Below are positions 30,601-39,299 of a stretch of DNA of 64,000 nt, piece after piece. The stretch's first letter is position 1; the number at the start of each line of letters is the position of its first letter. Source of the stretch: a virus. The notes beneath the pieces are model-generated. The model was not told the DNA's origin. It saw nothing but the letters and a program-made list of their open reading frames with translations, and ran no database searches. A program made the position numbers and the translations under genes. The stretch spans positions 1 through 64,000 of the IMG/VR virus record IMGVR_UViG_3300032265_003779. The stretch is one strand, 5' to 3'.

Positions 30601-31062
30601 GAGGCACAAAATATTGCAACTAAGTTCTTGGAAGTAATAGGATTAGGGAGTTGCTCAGTAAAAACATATGAATTAGACCTTAGCCCAGACAATCCAGAAA
30701 CAATTCACAATTATAACTATTATGGTGAAGGCAATATGGATACAGCTATAATAGTTGATCCCATTACTGGTAAACGTAGATCTCTACAAAGAACTGGGTA
30801 TTTTGAAATAACTGACAATTGTGGAAACAGAAAAGTTGTTTCAGCTAGAGATGGGGAGACATTTACCAATTCAACAAATTGGGAAGATGCAATATCTCAG
30901 TCTATAGTTGGTCCAACGCCAACAGCTACACCAACAGCTACACCAACAGCTACACCAACAGCTACACCAACAGCTACACCAACAGCTACACCAACAGCTA
31001 CACCAACAGCTACACCAACAGCTACACCAACAGCTACACCAACACCAACCTCTACACCATAA
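27664..31062 (+). CDS. Large fibre/adhesin with delta-60 (DUF5122) beta-propeller repeats and TP tail
   Basis: Repeated Q-x-DGKI-x-VGG...RLNSDGS-x-D-x-SF. Confidence 0.85.
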   Translation: MKTYTSDLTSKPDWLGTYGDQTGKTLDTDFGFGVDGMYFNGNAGGGSGDNPATGYSVRTNFNISGYQVCEVIFTADHSDSCTDQGICFYNDGQSPNWNWDPDSSRIAFSLNCPIPYIYGTNKFVNNSGEYYGNSTEQSGSEVLGSGIYTFKVTYNPIARTVTAITYEGEDTSGTVLDTIVLHEKLMNGGSYRIGFDADNDEGTAYFKSLKINVYETNGISDNTELNNQLSSLKTGYYQVTDLVEGPFLFSDDADIDGGDGDGIDPNFNELGIGTTVCIQEDGKIVVGGLSGTLDGSKYLRRIDVSGNEDESFTPPSFGLNGMVNSVVQMSDGRLVVGGNFLNVERFDGLSNSGSITFDTDYQGGTGINGNGLFLPPSANIVEVGWTVTFRDSSTRTVISSYFNELNFWTVGLDSNITLNPAFPLTISQPNWKPTIDGNIVNISGMVCLKTDGSLSKRDGGDVGFEDRAISGVPLQVYAIKLLNDDSVLVGGHFTHYDGVESPFLAKIGSDGVIDEGFATNIISLSLDNGVSSIAIDSNGKILIGGTFSEAIKRLNSDGSVDSSFEPGTGFTGNTFQQNGVFSILPFDNGQMLVGHSSKYYNGTLCGNGLVRLNGDGSLDVSYTADLYNSHSNIGTVTSIVQQENGKVIVGGYFNLADGFSANEIFRLNSDGSKDESFNSVFGFTPAGYNWGPATNDIKLDSVGNVYVAGSFTDYNHAARFQYAKLDTNGTLQEWSVLPAFKQVGIDDGMDDMYDGANFLNTNLTLPYLYIKCYGGNNVVSGGEGACGCPEPPVICGLNANSSIPSTHTQAWDQGPEDDFYDESRGSDETGSDDIEWPEHRYLPVCDSHVMVADGYFGDGSSYFTAMFPGMFVLAANNIDITQFSITGNIGSDGDGADVAEIFPINVGGNTYTAYLKTNYGAGDPSINHIIIVDGDGNGIEQFYDPTSEGDEHCITGIEGKTKLFFLCLGKANGVAMTRSEAQNIATKFLEVIGLGSCSVKTYELDLSPDNPETIHNYNYYGEGNMDTAIIVDPITGKRRSLQRTGYFEITDNCGNRKVVSARDGETFTNSTNWEDAISQSIVGPTPTATPTATPTATPTATPTATPTATPTATPTATPTATPTATPTPTSTP
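30919..31038 (+). repeat. 12-nt perfect tandem repeat x10 encoding (PTAT)10
   Basis: CCAACAGCTACA x10. Confidence 0.97.
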
Positions 31063-31328
31063 TGAAAAAGTTAAATTTTAAACAATGGTTTGAAAGTGGA
31101 GGAGGATTTATAGGTCAGTCAATGACTGATCCTGTTGATGACCATCCTCCAGCCGGAAGTGAAATAACTACTGATCCTTTCTATAGACCAGGTGATTCTC
31201 CTCCAACAAACAATAACAAAAAAAGAAAATTAAGAAAATTTAAAGTTGCCAAATTTGGATTTGATGCTGATGATGGCGGAGATAAAGTAGCAATAAGAAA
31301 AGAAGTATTACCAAACTACTTTATGTAA
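31062..31328 (+). CDS. Small protein with N-terminal FKQWFE motif (start corrected)
   Basis: TAATG coupling to the upstream stop. Confidence 0.7.
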   Translation: MKKLNFKQWFESGGGFIGQSMTDPVDDHPPAGSEITTDPFYRPGDSPPTNNNKKRKLRKFKVAKFGFDADDGGDKVAIRKEVLPNYFM

Positions 31329-31360
31329 AAAACAACCCACCAGATTTCTCTAGTGGGTTT
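31327..31360 (-). terminator. Intrinsic terminator
   Basis: ACCCACTAGA-GAAA-TCTGGTGGGT followed by a T-run on the minus strand. Confidence 0.7.
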
Positions 31361-31370
31361 AAAGATGAGG

Positions 31371-32063
31371 TCATTTCGGAAAAAAGATATAGTTTTTATT
31401 ATAGCTTCCTTGCTCACTATTTCTATCTTTGACTGGAATGTCTTTTAGTGCTGATATCCTATCATTTTTTGCACGAATAATAAACACCCAACCACCCCAT
31501 CTTCTGTTAAATTCATCCATACTCCAGACTCTAATCTTAAGATGTATATCACTGTTATCAATATATTTCACTATTCCTTTTTCTTCATCATAGTGAACCA
31601 TTGTCATAACATGACCTGGAATATCGAAGCCGCAGCCTCTGCCTTCCAAAGTACATCCTTTGATTAAAAGACTTTTATCTTTTTTGTCTGTGGTCATTTC
31701 GTATTCTATTCCGTATTTTTCAAACATCTTTCTTGCAGAGCTTGGACTTGCATAACTCTTATAATTATCATTGCGAGTTAAATTGTAAAGTCTGTCTTCT
31801 CCACAATATCTTGCTAATGTTTCAATACTTGACCAAACACACTGTATTCCAGTCCTATTAGGAACTCTATCCTCCATTGGGATAGGAACCTGTAGATCGT
31901 CTAAATTTTCGTCTACTAACCCTTCAAAACTAGCGGCTGGACTCGTACTAGTATCATAAGGATTAGGATATATATTTTCTGTAAGTTCTGTTGTTTTAGC
32001 AAATAAAACAAAGAATATATAAACAAAAAATATTACCAACAAAAACCATGAAATCCTTTTCAT
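31371..32063 (-). CDS. Membrane-anchored or secreted papain-like (C39-type) cysteine protease
   Basis: N-terminal hydrophobic helix; QCVWSS (Cys), GHVM (His), IDN. Confidence 0.7.
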   Translation of the reverse strand: MKRISWFLLVIFFVYIFFVLFAKTTELTENIYPNPYDTSTSPAASFEGLVDENLDDLQVPIPMEDRVPNRTGIQCVWSSIETLARYCGEDRLYNLTRNDNYKSYASPSSARKMFEKYGIEYEMTTDKKDKSLLIKGCTLEGRGCGFDIPGHVMTMVHYDEEKGIVKYIDNSDIHLKIRVWSMDEFNRRWGGWVFIIRAKNDRISALKDIPVKDRNSEQGSYNKNYIFFPK

Positions 32064-32133
32064 AGTCCCTCCTTGTTATCCTTAACTATAAGTATTTATT
32101 ATTCCTATTAATAAATTTTTACTATATAAAATT

Positions 32134-32259
32134 ATGACTATAATCTTATATCATGTAGCAATATTTTTATCTTTATTTGTTTTTATATGGCTTGGTATTT
32201 TTTGGATTACAGCCTGTTATGTGTTATTCGAAAATAAAAAAATCAACGATCATCAGTAG
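32134..32259 (+). CDS. 41-aa single-TM protein (not in ORF track)
   Basis: MTIILYHVAIFLSLFVFIWLGIFWITACYVLFENKKINDHQ; ACTATATAAA box upstream. Confidence 0.45.
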   Translation: MTIILYHVAIFLSLFVFIWLGIFWITACYVLFENKKINDHQ

Positions 32260-32518
32260 CAATATTTTTAAATCTACTTAAAGAAACGTTGGGATTTTTT
32301 AACATATTTTCAAATAAAGCATTTGCTTTTGCGGTATGTATTTTTTTCCAAGCACTTTTTCTTGTTTGAAGAGTGTATTTTTTAAATACTTTTTGTATAG
32401 CCGCAGCCAGATCCATAACAGCATCAACTCTGTTGGAGTCTGACTGTGATAATTTTTTATCATCTTTTTTTGATGACTTTTTGTCTTCGTTTATAATCCA
32501 CTCATTAAAACTTTTCAT
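32243..32518 (-). CDS. Putative head internal protein (MKSFNEWIINE)
   Basis: N-terminal motif; adjacent to the head operon. Confidence 0.7.
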   Translation of the reverse strand: MKSFNEWIINEDKKSSKKDDKKLSQSDSNRVDAVMDLAAAIQKVFKKYTLQTRKSAWKKIHTAKANALFENMLKNPNVSLSRFKNIATDDR

Positions 32519-32874
32519 GGAGCTGAAAACTCCGAATCCATACTTGGCTTCTTAATAACATTGTCCATCGAATCGCCAGATTCTGAACCCGAGACACCGG
32601 TATCATCTCCAGAATGCTTTCTGGCAGCAGCTCTTAACTTGTTTACATCTATCTGGTCGTAAAGTGCTTTCATGCTTGGATCTCTGCTACTGAGAGTTCT
32701 TAGCATTGTCATTAATCGACTCATATCAGAAGAAGCAGCTTGCATAACTAAATTCACCACAGTTGATACTGCTGCCTCTTGGTCGGCATCATATGAAGCA
32801 TTTCCAAAACTTGTTTCTAATTCACCTCTTAATCCTGTGTCCATCGCTTCTAAAAACTTGTGAAAACTCTTCAT
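32515..32874 (-). CDS. Putative head internal protein (MKSFHKFLE)
   Basis: N-terminal motif. Confidence 0.7.
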   Translation of the reverse strand: MKSFHKFLEAMDTGLRGELETSFGNASYDADQEAAVSTVVNLVMQAASSDMSRLMTMLRTLSSRDPSMKALYDQIDVNKLRAAARKHSGDDTGVSGSESGDSMDNVIKKPSMDSEFSAP

Positions 32875-33069
32875 ATTTTTCCTATCTTAAAGTGGTAAAA
32901 GTATATATTAAAAAAACTTAAAAATTTTTTAAGCCTTTCTTCATATATATGGTTTAGAGGATTTATTTAAAGAGTTGGAATGAACTCTTTGAACAATTTG
33001 TTCAAAAAGCCCATTAAAGTGGGAGCATTCACAAACGATTAAAAATCAACCTAGGGAGATATAAAAAAT

Positions 33070-34851
33070 ATGAAGCGTAAATTAATCAGCTATGATGCCT
33101 TAAAGAAAATGGAAGAGGCATCCATTTCTAAAATTCAGGAAGAATTGATAAATGCCGAAGAAGTTTTGGCAAATGTTCTGGGTGCCGACCAGCTTGAACT
33201 CGTTTTCTTTAACGAATCAGAGGCTGTTTATAAAACCCTTGATCAAGACTATGTTCGTGCCAATTACAGTGTTGTAAAAGGTGAACTAAAGCTAGAGAAC
33301 ATCGAAGAGCTTGTAGTAGACGAAGATAGCGAGAAAGGTGAGTCAAAAAAGCTTATCTCCTCGATGATTGATGACCTTGTTGAAAACAAAGATGAAGAAG
33401 CAAGTGCCAAGCTAGATGAGTATCTAGGTCTTGCTGTTGTCCGAAGAAATTTAATTGAAGGATATAAAGCTAAGCTTAGCAATCCTCATGGAAAACGCAG
33501 CAAGCTGTTCCATAAGCACCAAAGAGGAGCACATGTCAGAAAGCGTATTGTTGCCATGATGAAGACTAGGCGTAAGAGAAAAGGAATAAAGAATTATCTA
33601 AAGACCAAAACTGCTCCTATGCGTAAACGACTCAAGGGAATCAGCAATCCAAGAGCAAGAGTTTATGTTGTTAAGACTATGAAAGAATGGAATAACTTAA
33701 CAGAGAATGTTCTTGGATATGTTAATTACAAAGAAATGGGTCCACTTTACAAAGAATGCACAATTTCACATGACGATAAAGGTGAAGTAAATGCAGTCAC
33801 AATTCCAACAAAACTAAAGAAGAATGAAGGCAAGATTCTTAGTTTTGACTGGAAGACTATGGACACAGAAGTAAAGGTTTTAAGAAACAAAGCCAAGAAG
33901 CTTAATGAGAACGAAAGATTTATTAGAAGTGTTGTAGAGATCAAGAAGCACAACAATGTTTCAAATAACAGCGGTCTTGAAACTGCTCTTGAAAATACTG
34001 TTGGAGCTTTCCCTGAAGCTCTTTATCTAACTCAAGAAGAAATGGCTGCCACAGTCAAGTCTTGCCTTGAAATGGCTGGATCAAGAAACTTTGATGATAA
34101 CACTTGTGATTTTATTGCAGAGGCAATTCTTAGAACAGCTTTTGATGCTTACTCTGAAAGAGTCAACAAGATGGTAGGAATAGCTGGTGTAAGGCTTGAA
34201 AGCACCGACAAATATGTTGAATTCAAAGATGTTGCTAACAAGCTATACAACTATGTTGATGCTTCACAGGAAAAAGATCTAAGCGTGTTCTCTGATCTTG
34301 CCGAAGCTCTTAACAATCTTGCTAAACTTGCTGAAAGTCTTGGTGATGCCGAAGTAGTAACCGAAGCAAAGACTTTACTACAGGAATGCATTTACGTTAT
34401 TAACCAGGAAGTAGAACCAGATGTTCAGTTAGCCGAGTTTGTTGCTAATTATTTAAGAGATATCTACGAGAGTAATTTAAACAGTAAGGAATGGGAGCCA
34501 ATGGATCCAGTGGTATCACCAACAGGTGATCACCCAATGCTTCATGCTCATGCCAAACAAGGTTACTCACCAGCCTCTGATGGTCAGGATGACTCAGTAG
34601 TAGATTCTGGTAGGGGCTCTGTAAGTGACGGAAAAAATATCAAGAATAATCTTGGTGATGAAATGATGAATAATGGATGGGGTAACATTGGTGGAGATAG
34701 CGTTTATCCTTCACTAAGCAATCCATACTTACTCAAAGACATGGACTTTACCATGAAGGGTGATAAGGGAGTTGACATGGATAGTGATGATCTTGGCACA
34801 GAACAAGGTAAGGACACTTGGCCAAATCTTCGTAATCCTTTTGCCAAATGA
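33070..34851 (+). CDS. Probable prohead core protein (gp67/gp68 position)
   Basis: First gene of the head operon; acidic helices plus one very basic K/R segment. Confidence 0.6.
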   Translation: MKRKLISYDALKKMEEASISKIQEELINAEEVLANVLGADQLELVFFNESEAVYKTLDQDYVRANYSVVKGELKLENIEELVVDEDSEKGESKKLISSMIDDLVENKDEEASAKLDEYLGLAVVRRNLIEGYKAKLSNPHGKRSKLFHKHQRGAHVRKRIVAMMKTRRKRKGIKNYLKTKTAPMRKRLKGISNPRARVYVVKTMKEWNNLTENVLGYVNYKEMGPLYKECTISHDDKGEVNAVTIPTKLKKNEGKILSFDWKTMDTEVKVLRNKAKKLNENERFIRSVVEIKKHNNVSNNSGLETALENTVGAFPEALYLTQEEMAATVKSCLEMAGSRNFDDNTCDFIAEAILRTAFDAYSERVNKMVGIAGVRLESTDKYVEFKDVANKLYNYVDASQEKDLSVFSDLAEALNNLAKLAESLGDAEVVTEAKTLLQECIYVINQEVEPDVQLAEFVANYLRDIYESNLNSKEWEPMDPVVSPTGDHPMLHAHAKQGYSPASDGQDDSVVDSGRGSVSDGKNIKNNLGDEMMNNGWGNIGGDSVYPSLSNPYLLKDMDFTMKGDKGVDMDSDDLGTEQGKDTWPNLRNPFAK

Positions 34852-34867
34852 AATAAGGAGATAAAAA

Positions 34868-35566
34868 ATGAGTAAAGAAATACTATTCGTAGACAGCTGC
34901 AGTAACTCTGGTTTTACTCTGAGTCTTAATGAGTCCGTTAGTGATAAAGGACTCACTAAGTTCAAAGGTAAGTTCCAGGAAGCCGAAGCAATTAATAAGA
35001 ATAAAAGAATGTATCCTTTTGGTGTTCTCAGCGAGAATATTAAAAAACTACAGGAGTGTGTTAAAAATAGAGGCTTGATTGGTGAATTAGACCATCCAAC
35101 AGATAGTATTATTCACTTTGAAAAAGCAAGCCATGTTATTACAAAACTTTGGTGGGAAGGAAATGTATTGATGGGTGAAGGAGAAATCCTTAATACTCCT
35201 CATGGAAAAATATTGAAAAGTCTTTTGAACGATGGTGTAAGAATTGGTATTAGCAGTAGAGGTGTTGGTAATGGTAAGGTTGACGAAAATGGCATTCTTG
35301 TAATTGGAGAAAGTTACAAGCTTATCACTTTTGATGCTGTAGCCGATCCAAGTACTCATGCTGCTTATCAAGAAAAAGTATCGAGCCCATCAGCTAAAAA
35401 AGAAGGCTCAATGGTTAATATAGAAAATTCTTCTGCGGATGAAGAATTTTCAAGAAAAAATGAAAGCAGAAGCATATATAAGGGTAATAAGCAAGCCTTA
35501 ATTGCATGCTTGGGAACACTAATAGAAAATTCAACTAATTCATTAAAGCGAGGTATAGGCTCATGA
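34868..35566 (+). CDS. Prohead core protease (T4 gp21-like)
   Basis: FQEAEAINKNKRMYP, GELDHP, GISSRGVG, TFDAVADPS. Confidence 0.93.
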   Translation: MSKEILFVDSCSNSGFTLSLNESVSDKGLTKFKGKFQEAEAINKNKRMYPFGVLSENIKKLQECVKNRGLIGELDHPTDSIIHFEKASHVITKLWWEGNVLMGEGEILNTPHGKILKSLLNDGVRIGISSRGVGNGKVDENGILVIGESYKLITFDAVADPSTHAAYQEKVSSPSAKKEGSMVNIENSSADEEFSRKNESRSIYKGNKQALIACLGTLIENSTNSLKRGIGS

Positions 35567-36459
35567 ATCAAAAAATCAAAGAGGCACTTGAAAAACTATT
35601 GCCTGAAGATCAGTTAAGTGAAGTAGTTTCAGCCATTGAGGAAATGCTTGCTGAAGCTAAGACTAGTTTGGAAGAGGAGTTTAACTCCAAGCTTGAGGAA
35701 GCTTATTCTGAGCTTTCAAAAGAACTAAAAGATGCTGAGTCAACTGCTGAAACTGGATATGCCGAAGCATATTCAATCATCAGTGAACTAAGAAACCGTC
35801 TTGAAGTTCAAGGTGAAGAGTATGAGGCTGCTCTTGAAGAGGGTTATGAAGAAGCCTATGGAATGCTCAAAGAAGAGAGAAGCAAGAACAAAGATCTCGA
35901 AGTTTCTCTTTACGAAGAGTATGACAGCAAACTCGCTGAAATGAAGGAATACATTGTCGATAAAGTAGATCAGTTCCTACAGTTCAAGGGTAGCGAAATT
36001 TATGAACAGGCTAAACACGATCTAGTCAATGATCCAAGAACCAGTGAATATAAGAGTGCTTTTGATAAGATCGTTGATATTACAAGTGATTACTTAAGTG
36101 ACGAAGATCATGCAGTCGCTTCAACAGGCAAGCTTGAAGAAGCTAAGAAGGCTGTTGATGATCTTAAGGGTCAGATTAAGCTTCTAGAGGCTAGAAGTAT
36201 CCGTTTAAGCACAGAGAACACCAAGCTTAATGAAGCTGTTAGAAGTGCTCACAATGTTATTAACGAACAAAAAGAAACTGTTGTTAAGAACAAAAAAGAA
36301 GACGTATTAAATGAACAGAATGAAAGAGCCGAAAAGAGTAAGAAAGTATCGGGGAGAGGACAACTAGTTGCTGGTGAAGCTATCATTGCGGAAAATGCTA
36401 GCGAAGACAGCAGCTTTAACGATTTACAAGTCTTAGCTGGTGTTAGAAAAACCAATTAA
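35563..36459 (+). CDS. Prohead scaffold (T4 gp22-like)
   Basis: Acidic coiled coil between protease and MCP; KVDQFL. Confidence 0.8.
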   Translation: MNQKIKEALEKLLPEDQLSEVVSAIEEMLAEAKTSLEEEFNSKLEEAYSELSKELKDAESTAETGYAEAYSIISELRNRLEVQGEEYEAALEEGYEEAYGMLKEERSKNKDLEVSLYEEYDSKLAEMKEYIVDKVDQFLQFKGSEIYEQAKHDLVNDPRTSEYKSAFDKIVDITSDYLSDEDHAVASTGKLEEAKKAVDDLKGQIKLLEARSIRLSTENTKLNEAVRSAHNVINEQKETVVKNKKEDVLNEQNERAEKSKKVSGRGQLVAGEAIIAENASEDSSFNDLQVLAGVRKTN

Positions 36460-36489
36460 GTAATAATAATAAAGGATTTATAAGTAGTT

Positions 36490-36497
36490 TATAAATA
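36490..36497 (+). promoter_or_regulatory. T4-type late promoter TATAAATA
   Basis: Exact consensus 11 nt upstream of the MCP ATG. Confidence 0.55.
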
Positions 36498-36508
36498 GAA
36501 AGTGAAAT

Positions 36509-37939
36509 ATGAATATTAATGCTAAATTTCTTAACGAGGCAAGGGAGTTAGAATCTCGTTGGAAGAAGACTGGCTTATTAGACGGCATCGAAGATCGTAC
36601 TGTCCGTAATAACACAGCCGTTCTCCTCGAAAATCAGAGACTGATCAATGAATCAGCAACCGACACAGGTGACGTTGCTCAATTCAAGAGAATCAGTATT
36701 CCTCTTGTTCGTCGTATTTATCCACAGTTGATTGCTAACAAGATCGTTAGCGTCCAGCCATTGCTCGGACCAACCGGTCTTGTTTATTACCTCCGTTTTA
36801 GATACGGCAGTGATAAAGGTGCCATTCGTGGTGCTAGTAACAAGGTAGGTTTCCCAGGTGACGATGCTAACAGTTTACAACAGCTTGCTGATGGAACTGC
36901 TAACCTCGACGTCTTCTATTCTCACCAGTTCGTTCAGAATGAAGTTCACCAGAATCTTTCTGCCAATGTTACAAGTGCTACTCTTGAGCACATTCCAGTC
37001 ATTGCTGGAACAGTAACTGGTACAGTTTATGTTGGTACCCAAGTTGTTAACACATTCGTTGTTCCTGCTGCCGGGAGCACCCTTTCATTAACAACTGTTG
37101 GTGCACCAAGTGCTTATGTTACCGCTGGCACACTCGCTGTTGCTGATGGAACATTATCACTAACCTGGAGTGGTTCAAGCGGTGGTTCTAAGGTTGTAAT
37201 CAGCTATGAATACAACATGGAAAACAACCCTGACATGCCAGAAATTAACTTGACAATTGAGAGTCAGGAAATTGCTGCTAAGACTCGTAAACTAAAGGCT
37301 GTCTGGAGCTATGAAGCTCAGCAGGATTTACGCTCACAGCACAATCTTGACGCCGAAGCTGAGCTAACTGCCGTTCTTGCTCAGGAAATCAACCTTGAAA
37401 TCGATCGTGAAGTTCTTGGTGATCTCCGCAATAACGCCGGTACTGTTTCAGCATGGGACTTCAATACTGCTCTTGGTGATACCATCAAGGAAAAGTATGA
37501 ATCACTCTACGTCAAAGTTGTTGAAGTAAGTAACGTAATTCACCGTAAGACACTCCGTGGTGGTGCTAACTTTATTGTTACCTCACCAGAAGTTGCTTCA
37601 GTGTTTGAAACAGCTACTGCGGGTTTCGCCCCAGCTCCTTCAGAAACATTTACAAGCTCACTCGGCATCCAGTATGTCGGTACTGTAAACAATCGTTGGA
37701 GACTGTATAAGGATCCACTGTTCCCAACTGGACAGCTCCTTATGGGTTATAAGGGTGATTCATACATGGATAGTGGATATTTCTACTGCCCATATGTGCC
37801 ACTCACTCAGACACCAGTCGTGTTAGATCCAGAATCCTTCTCCCCAAGAAAAGGACTGTTAACAAGGTATGGGAAGAAGTTGCTTCGCGAAGGGGCAAAA
37901 TTTTATGCAAGATTGAATATCGCTAACTTCATCGTCTAG
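36509..37939 (+). CDS. Major capsid protein (T4 gp23-like)
   Basis: LLENQ, IPLVRR, VQPL-x-GPTG, KTRKLKA-x-WS-x-E-x-x-QDL, EIDRE, GYKG, YCPYVP, TRY. Confidence 0.96.
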   Translation: MNINAKFLNEARELESRWKKTGLLDGIEDRTVRNNTAVLLENQRLINESATDTGDVAQFKRISIPLVRRIYPQLIANKIVSVQPLLGPTGLVYYLRFRYGSDKGAIRGASNKVGFPGDDANSLQQLADGTANLDVFYSHQFVQNEVHQNLSANVTSATLEHIPVIAGTVTGTVYVGTQVVNTFVVPAAGSTLSLTTVGAPSAYVTAGTLAVADGTLSLTWSGSSGGSKVVISYEYNMENNPDMPEINLTIESQEIAAKTRKLKAVWSYEAQQDLRSQHNLDAEAELTAVLAQEINLEIDREVLGDLRNNAGTVSAWDFNTALGDTIKEKYESLYVKVVEVSNVIHRKTLRGGANFIVTSPEVASVFETATAGFAPAPSETFTSSLGIQYVGTVNNRWRLYKDPLFPTGQLLMGYKGDSYMDSGYFYCPYVPLTQTPVVLDPESFSPRKGLLTRYGKKLLREGAKFYARLNIANFIV

Positions 37940-37965
37940 GCTACTACGTGAAGTTTTCACAAACT

Positions 37966-37997
37966 AAACCTTGGCTGGCAACAGTCAAGGTTTTTTT
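37966..37997 (+). terminator. Intrinsic terminator after MCP
   Basis: CCTTGGCTG-GCAA-CAGTCAAGG followed by T7. Confidence 0.85.
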
Positions 37998-38038
37998 GTA
38001 TAATTTGATATGTAAACTCAATAATAAAGGAGATCAAA

Positions 38039-38824
38039 ATGCCAAGTGGTGGAGCAAACAAACTATCTTACGAGAATGTCAAATCAATTGTTGAATCTCA
38101 CGGATTTGTTTTTCTTGAAAAAGAGTATATTAATAATAATGAAAAAATGAAAGTAATTTGTGTTTGTGGAAATCAAACAGAGATGAGACTTAGCAATCTT
38201 CAAAAAGGAACAAAATGCAGAAATTGTATGGCTAAATTTAATTCCGAGAATAATAGAACCAAAGATAATGAAATAAAAGAAATATGTGAAAAAAATAATT
38301 GTAAATTTATTGAATCCTGGATACGGCTTAGAAAAACAAGAATTAAATATATTTGTAAATGTGGTAGAGAATCAGAAGCATATTTAACTAATTTTAAAAG
38401 ATATCCTAATTGTAAAAAATGTGGTAATTTAAAAGTATCTGGTGCTAATTGTCATATGTATGATCCAGATAGAGAGGCTGTTAATCTACGTAAGAGGTTT
38501 CGTAAAATGTGTGGTCAACACATCAAAAGATTTATGGAAGCCACAGGACAACGCAAGACACGCCATACACACGAATTGCTCGGCTATACACCAAAACAAT
38601 TACAAGATCATATACTAAGCCACCCAGATTATGAAAATTGTAAAGATAAGGATTGGCATGTAGATCATATAATACCTATACAAGCATTTTTAGATCATGG
38701 AATCTTGGACTTAAAAATCATTAATGCCTTAGAAAATTTAAGACCCATGTTAGGTCCAGAGAATATATCGAAGGCAGATAGTTATGATGAAGAAGAATTT
38801 AAAAGTAAATATTGTAACACATAA
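38039..38824 (+). mobile_element. Free-standing HNH homing endonuclease with Zn-ribbon repeats
   Basis: Two C-x-CG...C-x-x-C repeats; WHVDHIIP...NLRPM...NISK. Confidence 0.8.
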
Positions 38825-38949
38825 AATTATTTTTTAATATTTAAACAATAATTTTTATTTGTCTTTTCGCACCAGCTCCATGTGAGTCAAAATATTTTTG
38901 GTCATGTTTATAATAAGAAATATAATATCTTTCACTATATATTTCTAGA

Positions 38950-39023
38950 CTGGGTATAGCGAAGTTGGCTATCGCACTTGCTTTGGGAGCAAGGGATCGG
39001 GAGTTCGAGTCTCTCTACCCAGA
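38950..39023 (+). tRNA. trnP: tRNA-Pro (anticodon TGG), CCA not encoded
   Basis: Acceptor CTGGGTA/TACCCAG, anticodon arm CTTGC-TTTGGGA-GCAAG, T-loop GTTCGAG. Confidence 0.92.
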
Positions 39024-39043
39024 TACTTCAAAGAAAGGTTTAT

Positions 39044-39163
39044 ATGAACATATACTCTATATACAATCAAGAATACCGTTATCCTGTCTCGATAGTTGCT
39101 AAAATTTTGGCTGGTGTCGGGGTAGGACTTTTTATTTGGTTTTCTTATCAAGCATGCCTGTGA
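39044..39163 (+). CDS. Small membrane peptide (39 aa)
   Basis: AAAGG SD, hydrophobic helix. Confidence 0.45.
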   Translation: MNIYSIYNQEYRYPVSIVAKILAGVGVGLFIWFSYQACL

Positions 39164-39164
39164 C

Positions 39165-39193
39165 TTGAAATTTTCAGAAACTTCTACTATAGT
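39165..39193 (+). promoter_or_regulatory. Sigma70-like promoter TTGAAA-17-TATAGT
   Basis: Consensus match; predicted TSS near 39200. Confidence 0.6.
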
Positions 39194-39199
39194 AGAGTA

Positions 39200-39270
39200 G
39201 TCCTCGGTAGATGACCCGCTACCAAGATTTTTTAGCGAACAAAAAATCAATGCTCTTTGAGGACAAGGGT
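39200..39270 (+). ncRNA. Candidate structured 5'-UTR RNA (three-way junction)
   Basis: GTCCTC/GAGGAC encloses GGTAG/CTACC and GATTTTTT/AAAAAATC hairpins. Confidence 0.4.
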
Positions 39271-39299
39271 TTAAACTTTTGGGTTTTTAGGAGGTTCGT

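Noticed and set aside
30919-31038. Tandem repeats here and at 23735, 42499, 42931 and 52063 as CRISPR arrays
   Set aside because: No unique spacers; periods are multiples of 3 and lie in coding frames.
33070-34851. Portal protein call by synteny
   Set aside because: No gp20-type motifs; composition fits a core or scaffold protein.
36930-37215. Beta-rich insert in MCP as an intein or novel insertion
   Set aside because: Occupies the usual variable insertion-domain position of gp23-type proteins; no intein motifs.
38969-39250. 93-aa antisense ORF and 5' part of ORF 38978
   Set aside because: Both overlap the tRNA-Pro gene.
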